NCBI GenBank assembly: GCA_003194435.1
Contig: PQXC01000003.1
Span: 50,706-114,705 of the forward strand
DNA length: 64,000 nt
Source of the DNA: Candidatus Methanophagaceae archaeon
Lineage (GTDB): Archaea; Halobacteriota; Syntropharchaeia; Alkanophagales; Methanospirareceae
Direction of reading: 5' to 3'
Shown here: piece by piece, positions 37,343 through 46,755 of the stretch
Layout: every line of letters begins with the position of its first letter
Position numbering within the stretch: position 1 is the first letter of the stretch
Made by a program: the position numbers and the translations under genes
Notes under the pieces: model-generated
The model's database searches: none
What the model was told of the DNA's origin: nothing
What the model saw: only the letters and a program-made list of their open reading frames with translations

Positions 37343-37648
37343 TCAGGGTGATTGCAGGCAAAGATGTTCCGGTCTGATGAATAACTCTTTTATCTTTTTA
37401 CGCCCTCTTACGCCATCTGACACCTTTATAATAAAAGCTCTACCTCGTTCACCCACGACCTCCCCGGTCATACCATGAAATCTTCGATGGGGCATTCCCT
37501 TATGGACACTGGGGTCTATCCTGATGTGAACCCTGTCACCAGGCTTAAAGCTCTGAATCGCTCTGTTTATAGGAGACAAACCCCGCTCCCTCTTCCTCTT
37601 ACTCAACTTCTTCCTCGTCTTCTTCCTCTCTCCATGAGAACGTGGCAT
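37343..37648 (-). CDS. rpl21e: Ribosomal protein L21e.
   Basis: The basic 101-aa protein contains FKPGDRVHIRIDPSVHKGMPHRRFHGMTGEVVG, typical of L21e. Confidence 0.8.
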   Translation of the reverse strand: MPRSHGERKKTRKKLSKRKRERGLSPINRAIQSFKPGDRVHIRIDPSVHKGMPHRRFHGMTGEVVGERGRAFIIKVSDGVRGRKKIKELFIRPEHLCLQSP

Positions 37649-37709
37649 TATTTCTACACCTCATTTGAGTTTATTTTTTATAATATGGTTGGTTATTATA
37701 TAATTAGAT

Positions 37710-38948
37710 ATGCTGATTGAGCTGCCGAGACATACGGAGATATTCGGTTCAGTAAAGATTCATGAGTTGCAGCGGGTATTAAAGCTGGACTCCGGTGGCT
37801 TTGAGAACCCCAGAGCTTGTGATATCGCCTTTGAGAGTATAAAGAAGGTTTTGAAACGGCTCGCAATCGTTGTACCCATAAAAGATGAGAATATACACCT
37901 GCTGGAGGGCGTTTTGAGAGCGATACCTTTTGATTGCTCAGTAATCGTGGTCTCGAATAGTGCACGGGAGCCACAGGATATATATAAAATGGAGAGGGAT
38001 GTGATAACTAATGTTCATAACCTCACACAGCAGGAGATGCTCATCGTACATCAGAAGGACCCTGAATTGGGCTTCGCATTCTATGATCTCGGCTATGATC
38101 ATCTCCTCGATAGCGATAGACTGGTCAGAGATGGTAAAGCAGAAGGGATGATAGTGGGGATGCTGCTTGCGAAGGCGCTGGGTAAAGACTTCATTGGGTT
38201 CGCAGATGCTGACAACTATATCCCCGGTTCTGTTCGTGAATACGTGATGGATTACGCAGCGGGCTTCTGTATGTCTGAGTCGCCGTACTCAATGGTGAGG
38301 TTACACTGGCGATATAAGCCGAAGGTGGTTGAGGACAGACTGTATTTCAAGAAATGGGGCAGAGTAAGCGAGACAACAAATAAATATCTCAATCTACTGC
38401 TATCAACTTCCACCGGCTTCGAGACCCGGGTGGTAATAACAGGGAATGCAGGTGAGCATGCATTGACCATGAAGCTTGCAGATATCATGAGCTACTCCAC
38501 GGGCTATTCAATCGAGCCCTTTCACTTCGTCTATCTCTTCGATGAGTTCGGGCTAAAAGCGGAGAAGATTGTGTATTCAGATGTGGTGAGTGCAGGAATT
38601 GAGGTATTTCAGATAGAGACGTTAAATCCACATATACACGAGGAGAAAGGGGAGGAGCATATTAAAAATATGTTACTCGGCTCCCTGAGCACGATTTATA
38701 ACAGTAAACTCTGTAACGATTATGTGAGGCAGAAGGTGCTTGAGGAGCTGGTGGATATACTGGAGAGGTGGGAGAAGCCACCCGAGATGTTTATCATGCC
38801 ACCAATTGGAGATATTGACGCTATAAAATTCGCTAAGTTGCTAAATGCTCATTCTGACACGTTTTTATGGCTTAAACAGGGCATATTTGAGGAGAAAGTG
38901 GATGAAGAAGCGTATTTAAGAAGCTTTAAGACGGGTACATTCGAATGA
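37710..38948 (+). CDS. mpgS: Mannosyl-3-phosphoglycerate synthase (GT55).
   Basis: Long collinear similarity to Pyrococcus MPGS as recalled, including HQKDPELG, GFADADNYIPG, DYAAGFCMSE, MVRLHWRYKPKV, LYFKKWGRVSE, TGNAGEHA and FQIETLNPHIHEEKGEEH. A cognate phosphatase gene overlaps it downstream. Confidence 0.8.
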   Translation: MLIELPRHTEIFGSVKIHELQRVLKLDSGGFENPRACDIAFESIKKVLKRLAIVVPIKDENIHLLEGVLRAIPFDCSVIVVSNSAREPQDIYKMERDVITNVHNLTQQEMLIVHQKDPELGFAFYDLGYDHLLDSDRLVRDGKAEGMIVGMLLAKALGKDFIGFADADNYIPGSVREYVMDYAAGFCMSESPYSMVRLHWRYKPKVVEDRLYFKKWGRVSETTNKYLNLLLSTSTGFETRVVITGNAGEHALTMKLADIMSYSTGYSIEPFHFVYLFDEFGLKAEKIVYSDVVSAGIEVFQIETLNPHIHEEKGEEHIKNMLLGSLSTIYNSKLCNDYVRQKVLEELVDILERWEKPPEMFIMPPIGDIDAIKFAKLLNAHSDTFLWLKQGIFEEKVDEEAYLRSFKTGTFE

Positions 38949-39775
38949 AGATAGTTCTTTACACCGATCTTGATGGCACCTTGCTTGACCTCTCTAATTA
39001 CTCCTACGAGGCTGCACTCCCTGCCCTGACAACCCTGAAGAGACGGAAGATACCCATTGTGTTTTGTACCGCAAAGACGCTGGCAGAGAACGAGTATTAT
39101 CGTGAAGAACTGGGTATAAGAGACCCTTTTATCGTTGAGAATGGCGGTGCAATCTTCATTCCTCAGGGCTACTTCTCTTTTGATTTCGATTACACGAAAG
39201 AGATGAAGCATTACTGCGTTATCGAGTTTGGTGCGAGATACGAAGAGTTGAGAGCGGCTTTGAATGCCATAAGGGCAGAAACAGGTTTTAAAATAAAGGG
39301 CTTCGGTGATATGACCCCTGAAGAGGTGGCGAAGGATGCGAATTTGAGCATAGAGAAGGCGAGGCTTGCAAAGGATAAGATATATAATGAGAGTTTCATC
39401 TTTGACGAGCCGGCGGAGAAGGAGAAGATTTTATTTGAGAAGATACATGAGAAAGGGTTCAGTCTCACACACGGTGGGAGGTACTACAACATACATGGAA
39501 GAAACGCGGACAAAGGCAAAGCAGTGAAGGTGCTTACAGAGTTATTCAGGCGTGAATACGGAGCTGAAGCTGTTAAGACGATAGGAATCGGTGACAGCAG
39601 GAATGATATACCCATGCTGGAAGCAGTGGACCAGCCAGCGGTGGTGAGGAGGAAGGATGGCACATGGCTCGAGCTTCCTCTGAAGAATCTGTATAAAGCG
39701 AGGGGTGAGGGACCGGAGGGGTGGGTTGAAGTTGTGAATAAGTTCATACTAACTAATTTGAAATTTAAAAAATAG
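38945..39775 (+). CDS. mpgP: Mannosyl-3-phosphoglycerate phosphatase (HAD-IIB).
   Basis: MKIVLYTDLDGTLLD, EYYREELGIRDPFIVENGGAIFIPQGYF, YYNIHGRNADKGKAVKVL and GDSRNDIPMLEAVD match the recalled MpgP. Its start overlaps the mpgS stop (ATGA). Confidence 0.75.
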   Translation: MKIVLYTDLDGTLLDLSNYSYEAALPALTTLKRRKIPIVFCTAKTLAENEYYREELGIRDPFIVENGGAIFIPQGYFSFDFDYTKEMKHYCVIEFGARYEELRAALNAIRAETGFKIKGFGDMTPEEVAKDANLSIEKARLAKDKIYNESFIFDEPAEKEKILFEKIHEKGFSLTHGGRYYNIHGRNADKGKAVKVLTELFRREYGAEAVKTIGIGDSRNDIPMLEAVDQPAVVRRKDGTWLELPLKNLYKARGEGPEGWVEVVNKFILTNLKFKK

Positions 39776-39778
39776 CCA

Positions 39779-39851
39779 TGGGCCCGATGCGATTCGAACG
39801 CATGACCTTCGCCTCGTAAAGGCGACGTCATTCCACCTAGACCACGGGCCC
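39779..39851 (-). tRNA. tRNA-Val (anticodon UAC), a near-identical paralogue of the Val-GAC gene in inverted orientation.
   Basis: The reverse complement reads GGGCCCG-TG-GTCTAGGTGGAATGAC-G-TCGCC-TTTACGA-GGCGA-AGGTC-ATGCG-TTCGAAT-CGCAT-CGGGCCC-A. An oligo-T follows the 3' end. Confidence 0.85.
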
Positions 39852-39944
39852 CAAGCTCCAACTCCAAGCCCAATCTATTTTAAATGATTGTTTGCTTATA
39901 TTATATATTTATCATTATCAGTTCCTTAATTAGAGGGGGTAAAA

Positions 39945-40292
39945 ATGCGCGGTGGATTCAGGAAAGGTATCAGCCTCAGCCCCAAGAGATTGAATCAGAT
40001 GATGAAGCAGACGGGTATAAACGTAGAAGAGCTGAGGGATGTTGAAGAAGTAGTAATAAGGACAACGAATGCTGAGCTCGTTTTCTCTCAGCCTGAGGTT
40101 ACAATTGTGGAAGCCCCGGGTACGAAGATATACCAGATAGCAGGAACACCGGTGGAGCAAACGAGAATTTCGGATGAGGATGTGAAGCTGGTGATGGAGA
40201 AAGCAGGCTGCAGTGAGGCAGATGCGAAAACAGCACTGAAAGAGGCAAACGGGGATCTGGCAGATGCTATCTCCAAACTCTGTGGGGAATGA
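39945..40292 (+). CDS. nac: Nascent polypeptide-associated complex protein (NAC-alpha, with UBA).
   Basis: It has a NAC domain (EEVVIRTTNAELVFSQPEVTIVEAPGTKIYQIAG) and a C-terminal UBA (SEADAKTALKEANGDLADAI). Confidence 0.8.
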   Translation: MRGGFRKGISLSPKRLNQMMKQTGINVEELRDVEEVVIRTTNAELVFSQPEVTIVEAPGTKIYQIAGTPVEQTRISDEDVKLVMEKAGCSEADAKTALKEANGDLADAISKLCGE

Positions 40293-41146
40293 AGATTCAA
40301 CCAAGACACATTGGATTCGTATGCAGGGGTGAATCGAGGGATATAAGTGTGTTGAAGGCTTTAATCGAATGTATAAGAGAAAGAGAGGGAGGAGAAGGTT
40401 TTGAGGTTGTACTTGATCCCGATTCGGCTTATAAACTCGGAATGCAGATGCAGGGTCAGAGGATAAGCGATATGGATGTGGATTTATTGGTCTGTGTTGG
40501 AGGTGATGGTACCATCCTCCGGACTTTACACTATTTGAAACGTCCAACGCCTGTTCTGGGTGTGAATACAGGAACGATAGGTTTTTTAGCAAGGGTACAG
40601 CCTGAGAATGCAGTATCCACCCTGAGGAATCTGATACTGGAAGGTTTTAATGTGGAGATGCGGCAGCGGCTCTCCATTCGGGTAATGGATGAGGAGATGC
40701 CATACGCAATGAATGAAGCAGTGGTAATAACCTCAAAGCCGGGCAAGATGCTTCATTTTGTAATATTCGTGGATGGCGAGGAGTTGGAACGGCTGAGAGC
40801 GGATGGTGTCGTATTCTCAACACCTACGGGCAGCACAGCATACGCAATGAGTGCAGGGGGACCCATTGTAGACCCGAGGGTAAATGCAACGATAATAGTA
40901 CCAATTGCACCTTTTAAACTCACCGCGAGACCCACCATTGTGGATATAGAGAGTGAAATAAGCCTGGAGCTCCTGGGAACAAAGGATGCGGAACTGGTTA
41001 TAGATGGGCAGTTTTATCGAAAGATGGTGAAGGAGGAGAAGATAAGCATAACAAAAGGGGAGCATGCTTTATTCGTAGAGATTCCAGACAGGTACTTCTC
41101 CCGGTTACTGAACAAGTTGCGAAGTGGCGAAGACGAAGAGATATAA
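40289..41146 (+). CDS. nadK: NAD kinase.
   Basis: The GGDGT motif (CVGGDGTILRT) and NEAVV...DGVVFSTPTGSTAYAMSAGGP identify it. Confidence 0.85.
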   Translation: MKIQPRHIGFVCRGESRDISVLKALIECIREREGGEGFEVVLDPDSAYKLGMQMQGQRISDMDVDLLVCVGGDGTILRTLHYLKRPTPVLGVNTGTIGFLARVQPENAVSTLRNLILEGFNVEMRQRLSIRVMDEEMPYAMNEAVVITSKPGKMLHFVIFVDGEELERLRADGVVFSTPTGSTAYAMSAGGPIVDPRVNATIIVPIAPFKLTARPTIVDIESEISLELLGTKDAELVIDGQFYRKMVKEEKISITKGEHALFVEIPDRYFSRLLNKLRSGEDEEI

Positions 41147-41190
41147 ATATATAGGGGTATAAATAGTTTTAGTGAGGGGGGATAAAAGAG

Positions 41191-41454
41191 ATGAGAGAAG
41201 AGAGAATGTTTGCACAGAAGTTGAGTTATAAGGAGGTTCTGGATTCAGAGGGTCGAGAGATGGGAGTTTTGCATAATATCGTGGCGGATGCAAAGACGGG
41301 TATCCTGACCGAGCTTGTAATAAAGCCAGCATCTGAGCTCGACACGAGCGGGTTTAAGAAGGAGAATGATTATATCCTCATACCTTTTGATGCGGTCAAG
41401 TCGGTGAGGGATGTAATAGTACTGGATAGTGAGAGGATAAAGGCACGGGCGTGA
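41191..41454 (+). CDS. PRC-barrel domain protein.
   Basis: The small 87-aa protein shows the PRC-barrel pattern (VLDSEGREMGVLHNIVADAKTGILTELVI). Confidence 0.55.
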   Translation: MREERMFAQKLSYKEVLDSEGREMGVLHNIVADAKTGILTELVIKPASELDTSGFKKENDYILIPFDAVKSVRDVIVLDSERIKARA

Positions 41455-41577
41455 CGGGATTTGAACCCGTGATTTGCAGCTCTCTCCCTCTTCTCTCTTA
41501 TACGTATTCTATTAAAAGACTATACTCTGAGTTAGGGTTAGGAGGCTGCCGCCATATCCTAGCTAGGCCACACGCCC
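41446..41577 (-). tRNA. tRNA-Arg (anticodon CCU) with a ~58-nt intron in the anticodon loop.
   Basis: The reverse complement reads GGGCGTG-TG-GCC-TAGCTAGGATAT-GGC-G-GCAGC-CTCCTA|intron|A-GCTGC-AAATC-ACGGG-TTCAAAT-CCCGT-CACGCCC-G. The 3' end overlaps the stop codon of the PRC-barrel ORF on the other strand. Confidence 0.65.
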
Positions 41578-41674
41578 AATTTGTATAATTTGTATAATAA
41601 GAATAATAGAATTTTTTATCTTTTATTTTATCCTTTTATTCTTATAATGTTTTCGTTTATATTTACCTTATCTT

Positions 41675-43048
41675 ATGGCTTCGTTGCAGCGGGAATTGGA
41701 AAGGGCAGCAGAGGTAATAAAGAAGCATGATTACGCACGTGTGGTATCGCATTATGATGCGGATGGTATAACAGCTGCGGGTATCATCTGCAATGCTCTG
41801 ATTCGGAGCGGAATACAGTTCCATGCAACGATAATAAATAAATTAGACCGGTATTTTGTCCAGGAGATGAATGAAGAGCTCATCATCATTGCGGATATGG
41901 GCACCGCACAGATGAACCTGATCTTGAAGTTTCTGAAAGATAAGGATGTGGTAATCCTGGACCACCATACCCATACGACATCTTCTTTTAAAAATTCTTC
42001 ATCCACCGTCCTCGTCAATCCCAATCGTCTCTCGCGCAACAGTGGAGAGATATTGGGAGGTGAACTTTGCGCCGCTGGACTCTCTTACCTCGTTGCGAGA
42101 CTGCTGGGTTCCGATGCGCGAGGGAACGTGGATCTTGCGGGTCTTGCAATTGCAGGTACATTGGGCGATAAACTGCCACTGGACAGAGGAATAAACAGGC
42201 TCATTCTGGATGAAGCGATAAAAGAGGGTGTTGTTACACCAAGGAAAGGGTTGAAGCTGGGTGATGGCAAGGTTCGTGATTTGATCCTCCACTCTACTGA
42301 CCCTTATATTCCGCTCGCGGGTAAGACAGAACGGGTGGATGGATTCCTGAGTGAGGTAGGAATAGAAGGAGAGAAGCGACTGGATGAACTGGATGAAGAA
42401 GATGTGAAGCGATTGAGTTCTGCCCTACTATCAATTGCGCGAGAGTCAAACACAGAGTTGAGAGAAGAAGCACTGATTGGAACCACTTATATGCTGAATT
42501 TAGAGGTGGAGAAGAATGCACTGGATTTTATGCGTATGGTGGATGCATGTGGCAGGTTTGGAAAAGCAGGCATGGGTATAGGACTCTGTTTGCGTGAAGA
42601 GAAGCTGGTAGAAGAAGCGAAGGCACTGTACATGATGTTCCAGAATAAACTCGTTTCTGAGTTGAACAGGATAGAAGCAGCGAAAGAGGGAGGAATGAAG
42701 GAGCTCCCGAATGTCTACTATTTATATGTACAGGAGAAAGGCATAACCGGCGTCCTGGCTGGTATCATCGCCGAATACATAAATACAAGCAAGCCTGTGA
42801 TTGTATTGAACAGGAAGAACGGTGCGAACGAACACGGTGATACAAAGATATCAGCCCGATGCAGCAAGAAACTGCTCAGAGAGAAGGGTATAGACCTTTC
42901 AAAGGCGTTGGAGCAGGCAGCGAGTGAGGTAGGTGGCTATGGTGGTGGACATCCGGTGGCATCAGGAGCATCAATTCCTGAAGGTATGGAGGACAGGTTC
43001 ATAACCGCTGTTGACCGGATAATAGGAGAGCAGATACGGGCTTCTTAA
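41675..43048 (+). CDS. DHH-family phosphoesterase: archaeal RecJ-like / GINS-associated nuclease (GAN, Cdc45-like).
   Basis: DHH motifs (HYDADGITAAG, IIADMG, ILDHH) and a C-terminal DHHA1-like GGGH (GGYGGGHPVASG) are present. Confidence 0.7.
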   Translation: MASLQRELERAAEVIKKHDYARVVSHYDADGITAAGIICNALIRSGIQFHATIINKLDRYFVQEMNEELIIIADMGTAQMNLILKFLKDKDVVILDHHTHTTSSFKNSSSTVLVNPNRLSRNSGEILGGELCAAGLSYLVARLLGSDARGNVDLAGLAIAGTLGDKLPLDRGINRLILDEAIKEGVVTPRKGLKLGDGKVRDLILHSTDPYIPLAGKTERVDGFLSEVGIEGEKRLDELDEEDVKRLSSALLSIARESNTELREEALIGTTYMLNLEVEKNALDFMRMVDACGRFGKAGMGIGLCLREEKLVEEAKALYMMFQNKLVSELNRIEAAKEGGMKELPNVYYLYVQEKGITGVLAGIIAEYINTSKPVIVLNRKNGANEHGDTKISARCSKKLLREKGIDLSKALEQAASEVGGYGGGHPVASGASIPEGMEDRFITAVDRIIGEQIRAS

Positions 43049-43079
43049 TTCCTCTTCTCTCTTGTCTCTTGTCTTATCT

Positions 43080-44312
43080 TTACCACAGGTTTACTCCTAT
43101 CTGTTCACCCTCCTCTATACCCTCTTTATTCTCCTCTACTATGACAAACCCGTCGGAACTCGTTACGCTGGATATAATGCCCGAACCACTTACCCTTACC
43201 GGCTCCACATAAAATTTGCCATCACCATTATGGTCATCATGATATAATCTGACGCGAACGAAATCGGTTCTGCCCACCGCCGATGGTATCTTCTTGCTCA
43301 CAACTGCGAAGACCTGTCTTATCATTGCACCTTTTAGCCCGTGCATCGCTTCTAAAAAGGGTCTAACAAGCATTTCAAATGCCGCAATCATTGATACTGG
43401 ATACCCGGGCAGGCAGAAGATGGGCTTATCATTTATGATTCCAAAGCCCGTTGGCTCTCCTGGTCGAATAGCAACACCATGAAATAACATCTCGCCCAAA
43501 TCCTCCACTACATCGCCAATAAAATCACGGCTGCCTACTGAACTACCGCCGCTCACCAGTATAGCGTCGCAACTGCAGTCTGCGATACAGGATTCAATTG
43601 CAGCCTTTAGAGCCTCATAATTGTCCCTTACTATGCCCATTCTGGATGGTTTCGCTATCACGCTCGTCAATGCTGCCAGTACATAACTGTTCACGTCCGC
43701 GATCGCCCCTTTCGAACCGCCCTTCGGATCATACAGTTCGTCTCCCGTTGATAAAATCCCGATAATACCCTTTTTACGCACTTTCACGCAATTCCTGCCA
43801 ATAGATGCGAGCATACCGATGTCAGTAGCCCGGAGTACCCGCCCCTCATTTAATACTATATCCCCACTCCTCACATCTTCGCCCTTGAAGGAGACATTTT
43901 TTCCCGGTGTGACGGGCTTGAATATCTCCAGCTTCGAGTCTCTCTCACACTCTCTCCCATACTCCAGCATGAGCACTGCGTTACTACCTTTTGGCATTGG
44001 CATACCTGTTTGTATAGGGATATACTCACCTTCGTTCAGCTCTCCAGACCCTGACCCTGGTTCATGCCTGTGAAGAACAAGAACCCGGGGTTTATCCGGT
44101 GCAGCTCCAAAGGTATCCTCAGCTTTCACTGCGTAGCCATCCATAGCAGCGCGGTTGAAAGGGGGACTATCCATCTCAGAGATGATGTCTTCCGCAAGAA
44201 CCCTGCCAGCAGCGAGATCAAAACTGACTTCCTCTACACCCACACGTCTCACATGGCTCAAAACTATGCTCTGCGCTTCTCTCAATGGTATAAGCGTACG
44301 AAAAAGTTTCAT
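43080..44312 (-). CDS. moeA: Molybdopterin molybdenumtransferase MoeA (copy 2).
   Basis: MDGYAV, LVSGGSSVGSRD and the overall MoeA architecture support it. It is a paralogue of 32442..33722. Confidence 0.75.
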   Translation of the reverse strand: MKLFRTLIPLREAQSIVLSHVRRVGVEEVSFDLAAGRVLAEDIISEMDSPPFNRAAMDGYAVKAEDTFGAAPDKPRVLVLHRHEPGSGSGELNEGEYIPIQTGMPMPKGSNAVLMLEYGRECERDSKLEIFKPVTPGKNVSFKGEDVRSGDIVLNEGRVLRATDIGMLASIGRNCVKVRKKGIIGILSTGDELYDPKGGSKGAIADVNSYVLAALTSVIAKPSRMGIVRDNYEALKAAIESCIADCSCDAILVSGGSSVGSRDFIGDVVEDLGEMLFHGVAIRPGEPTGFGIINDKPIFCLPGYPVSMIAAFEMLVRPFLEAMHGLKGAMIRQVFAVVSKKIPSAVGRTDFVRVRLYHDDHNGDGKFYVEPVRVSGSGIISSVTSSDGFVIVEENKEGIEEGEQIGVNLW

Positions 44313-44361
44313 CTCCTCCCTAAAATAATATAATCCTGTACTACAAATTTATCACCATTCT

Positions 44362-45036
44362 ATGGATATAGAAAAGCTCTGGGAGATCCTCTACAGAGAG
44401 CGGAATACTGCCTCACTCCAGGAGTTACCTGAGAGATTCTGTGAGGATGTGAAGGATTATATTGCAAGACTGGAGACAGAAAAGAGGAAGGCAGATGAGA
44501 CCAGGAAGGGCTTTCTGGAAGACGAGATGAGAAATGCGAGGATGAAAATTGAGGATATAATAAGGAGGAGGATAGGGAAGATAATAAAACTTGCCAGCTC
44601 GGGCATGGATACACCGCCCAAAGGAATGCTGGATGAGGAGCGGGAGATATTTCAAGTAGTGAAGAGCCAGGTGGAGGAGGGCAGAGCGCGGATATTCGCT
44701 TATATATTTGGGAAGCCCGCGTTAATAAGGAACGAGCCGCAAAAACAAGAGGATAAACATACTCTTACTGATACTGAGCATTATAATGAGAATGACAATG
44801 ATAATGAGGATAACGTTAACAATAACGAGCACGGTAACCAGTATGAGTATGATATAGTCAGGGTTCTGGAGAATATCCCAACCTTCATGGGTACAGATGG
44901 TAGGATTTATAAAGTAGGAAAAGAAGATGTTATCATGTTGCCGAAGACCAATGCGGAGATATTATGTAATCGAGGTGTTGCAATGCGATTCGAAGCCGGA
45001 GTGTATAAGAAGGAAGGGGGTGAGAGGAGAAGATGA
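44362..45036 (+). CDS. Hypothetical protein, possibly the GINS subunit Gins51 (Sld5-like fold), with an N/D/E-rich low-complexity insert.
   Basis: The N-terminal [18 protein letters not shown] pattern resembles archaeal Gins51 N-termini. The insert is [24 protein letters not shown] RecJ/GAN-like gene lies about 1.3 kb upstream. Confidence 0.35.
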   Translation: MDIEKLWEILYRERNTASLQELPERFCEDVKDYIARLETEKRKADETRKGFLEDEMRNARMKIEDIIRRRIGKIIKLASSGMDTPPKGMLDEEREIFQVVKSQVEEGRARIFAYIFGKPALIRNEPQKQEDKHTLTDTEHYNENDNDNEDNVNNNEHGNQYEYDIVRVLENIPTFMGTDGRIYKVGKEDVIMLPKTNAEILCNRGVAMRFEAGVYKKEGGERRR

Positions 45037-45311
45037 AGATGCCGAAGCGGGTAAGGATTTTCTGCCCTTTCTGCGGACGTCATACGGAGCATGAAGTAGA
45101 GAAGGTGAAAAAGGGCAGACCTTCCTCTCTGAATTGGATCGTCAGACAGAAGAAGCGCAAATCGGGCATAGGGAATAGCGGTAAATTCTCCAAAGTGCCT
45201 GGTGGAGACAAGCCAACGAAGAAAGTCTTTCTCAGGTATAAATGCATGGAATGTAAGAAGTCACATCAGAGGGAGGGGTTCCGGGTTTCCAAGCTCGAGT
45301 TCGTTGAATAA
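45033..45311 (+). CDS. rpl44e: Ribosomal protein L44e.
   Basis: It has a Zn-ribbon ([10 protein letters not shown]...CMECKKSH) and basic composition in an L44e-like arrangement. Confidence 0.85.
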   Translation: MKMPKRVRIFCPFCGRHTEHEVEKVKKGRPSSLNWIVRQKKRKSGIGNSGKFSKVPGGDKPTKKVFLRYKCMECKKSHQREGFRVSKLEFVE

Positions 45312-45359
45312 ATGGCATGACATAACATAGCGTAGGCATGGCATAGGAGGGATGCGAAG

Positions 45360-45551
45360 ATGAAGATGAGGATGAAGAGAGAGACGAGGAGCAAGTTCCT
45401 GAGGTTGCGATGCGATGACTGCGAGAATGAGCAGATTGTATTTGACCACGCAACCACAACGGTCAGATGTAACGTCTGTGGGAGGACCCTGGTCGAGCCA
45501 CGGGGTGGTAAGGCGGAGATAAAGAGCAAGATAATAGATGTTCTCGGATGA
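45360..45551 (+). CDS. rps27e: Ribosomal protein S27e.
   Basis: The C4 Zn-finger ([24 protein letters not shown]) identifies it. Confidence 0.85.
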   Translation: MKMRMKRETRSKFLRLRCDDCENEQIVFDHATTTVRCNVCGRTLVEPRGGKAEIKSKIIDVLG

Positions 45552-45584
45552 TTGATTGCTCAATTGAGGTGACGGGGGGCGAGG

Positions 45585-46355
45585 ATGCCTAAGGAAGAAT
45601 GGCCTGAGAAGGGGGAACTGGTGGTATGCACGGTGAGAGAGCTCAAGACCTTTGGGGTATTCGTCAGTCTGGAGGAGTATGATGGTAAAGAAGGCTTTAT
45701 TCATATCTCCGAAGTCACCACTGGCTGGGTAAAACACCTCAGGGATTACGTGAGACCGGGGCAGAAGATAGTTTGTAAGGTGCTGGCTGTGGATGAAAGG
45801 AGGGGACATATAGATTTATCATTGAAGGCGGTGAAGGAAGGTCTGAAGCGTGAGCGGATAAAAGCGTGGAAGAATGAGAAGAAAGCCAGGAAGTGGCTCT
45901 CGCTCGCCGTTCCAGAGTCTGAATCTGAACTTCAGGAACTCGAGACGAAGCTTGTGGATGCCTATGGTAGCCTCTATGATGCATTCCAGCAGATATATAA
46001 GTCGGGTAAGCGTGCATTGAGCGAGCTTGGGATAGAAGAAGCGCTCGCTGACAAGATATATAAGATCGCACTCGCCAATGTTAAGCCGCCTTCCGTGCAT
46101 GTAACCGGGTATGTGGAACTGAAATGCCCCCTGCCTAACGGGGTGGAGATAATAAAAAACGCTTTGATGGAGGCGAAGAAGGTAGCCAAAAACGGGTTCG
46201 AATGCTCTTACATCGGCGCTCCACGTTATCGGATACGAATCACTGCACCAGATTATAAGAAAGCGGAGAGCTTACTGAATGAAGCAGCAAATGCCGCCAT
46301 CGAGCTATTAAAGCGAAATGAAGGTTATGGGAAGTTCTATCGGAATCTACCATAA
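45585..46355 (+). CDS. eif2a: Translation initiation factor 2 alpha subunit (aIF2-alpha).
   Basis: It has an N-terminal S1 domain (GELVVCTVRELKTFGVFVSLEEYDGKEGFIHISEV) followed by a helical and alpha-beta domain. Confidence 0.85.
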   Translation: MPKEEWPEKGELVVCTVRELKTFGVFVSLEEYDGKEGFIHISEVTTGWVKHLRDYVRPGQKIVCKVLAVDERRGHIDLSLKAVKEGLKRERIKAWKNEKKARKWLSLAVPESESELQELETKLVDAYGSLYDAFQQIYKSGKRALSELGIEEALADKIYKIALANVKPPSVHVTGYVELKCPLPNGVEIIKNALMEAKKVAKNGFECSYIGAPRYRIRITAPDYKKAESLLNEAANAAIELLKRNEGYGKFYRNLP

Positions 46356-46392
46356 GACATCGTTAGTTAGTGTTAGTTAGAATTGTTCAATA

Positions 46393-46755
46393 ATGCAGCA
46401 GGAGACAGAGAAGAGCTATAAGCAGTGTATAGTTATTAGAGCGGATCTGAAACTCACAAAAGGGAAAGCGGCTGTACAGGCTGCTCATGCTTCTATACTG
46501 AGCTATGAACTTGCTCCGATAGAGGATAGAGAGAGATGGAAGCAGCAGGGGCAGAAGAAGGTCGTACTGAAGGTGTATAGCCTGGAAGAACTGAAAAAAT
46601 TGAGAGATGCGGCAGAGAAGCTTGGATTGCCATGCGCTATCGTAGAGGATGCAGGACTGACTGAAGTTCCGCCGGGAACCGTGACCGCCCTCGGGATAGG
46701 ACCCGCAAGTGCAGAAGAGATAGATAAGGTTACGGGGCATCTGAAGTTGCTATGA
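46393..46755 (+). CDS. pth2: Peptidyl-tRNA hydrolase, archaeal type (Pth2).
   Basis: QCIVIRADLKLTKGKAAVQAAHAS and LPCAIVEDAGLTEVPPGTVTALGIGP match Pth2. Confidence 0.85.
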   Translation: MQQETEKSYKQCIVIRADLKLTKGKAAVQAAHASILSYELAPIEDRERWKQQGQKKVVLKVYSLEELKKLRDAAEKLGLPCAIVEDAGLTEVPPGTVTALGIGPASAEEIDKVTGHLKLL

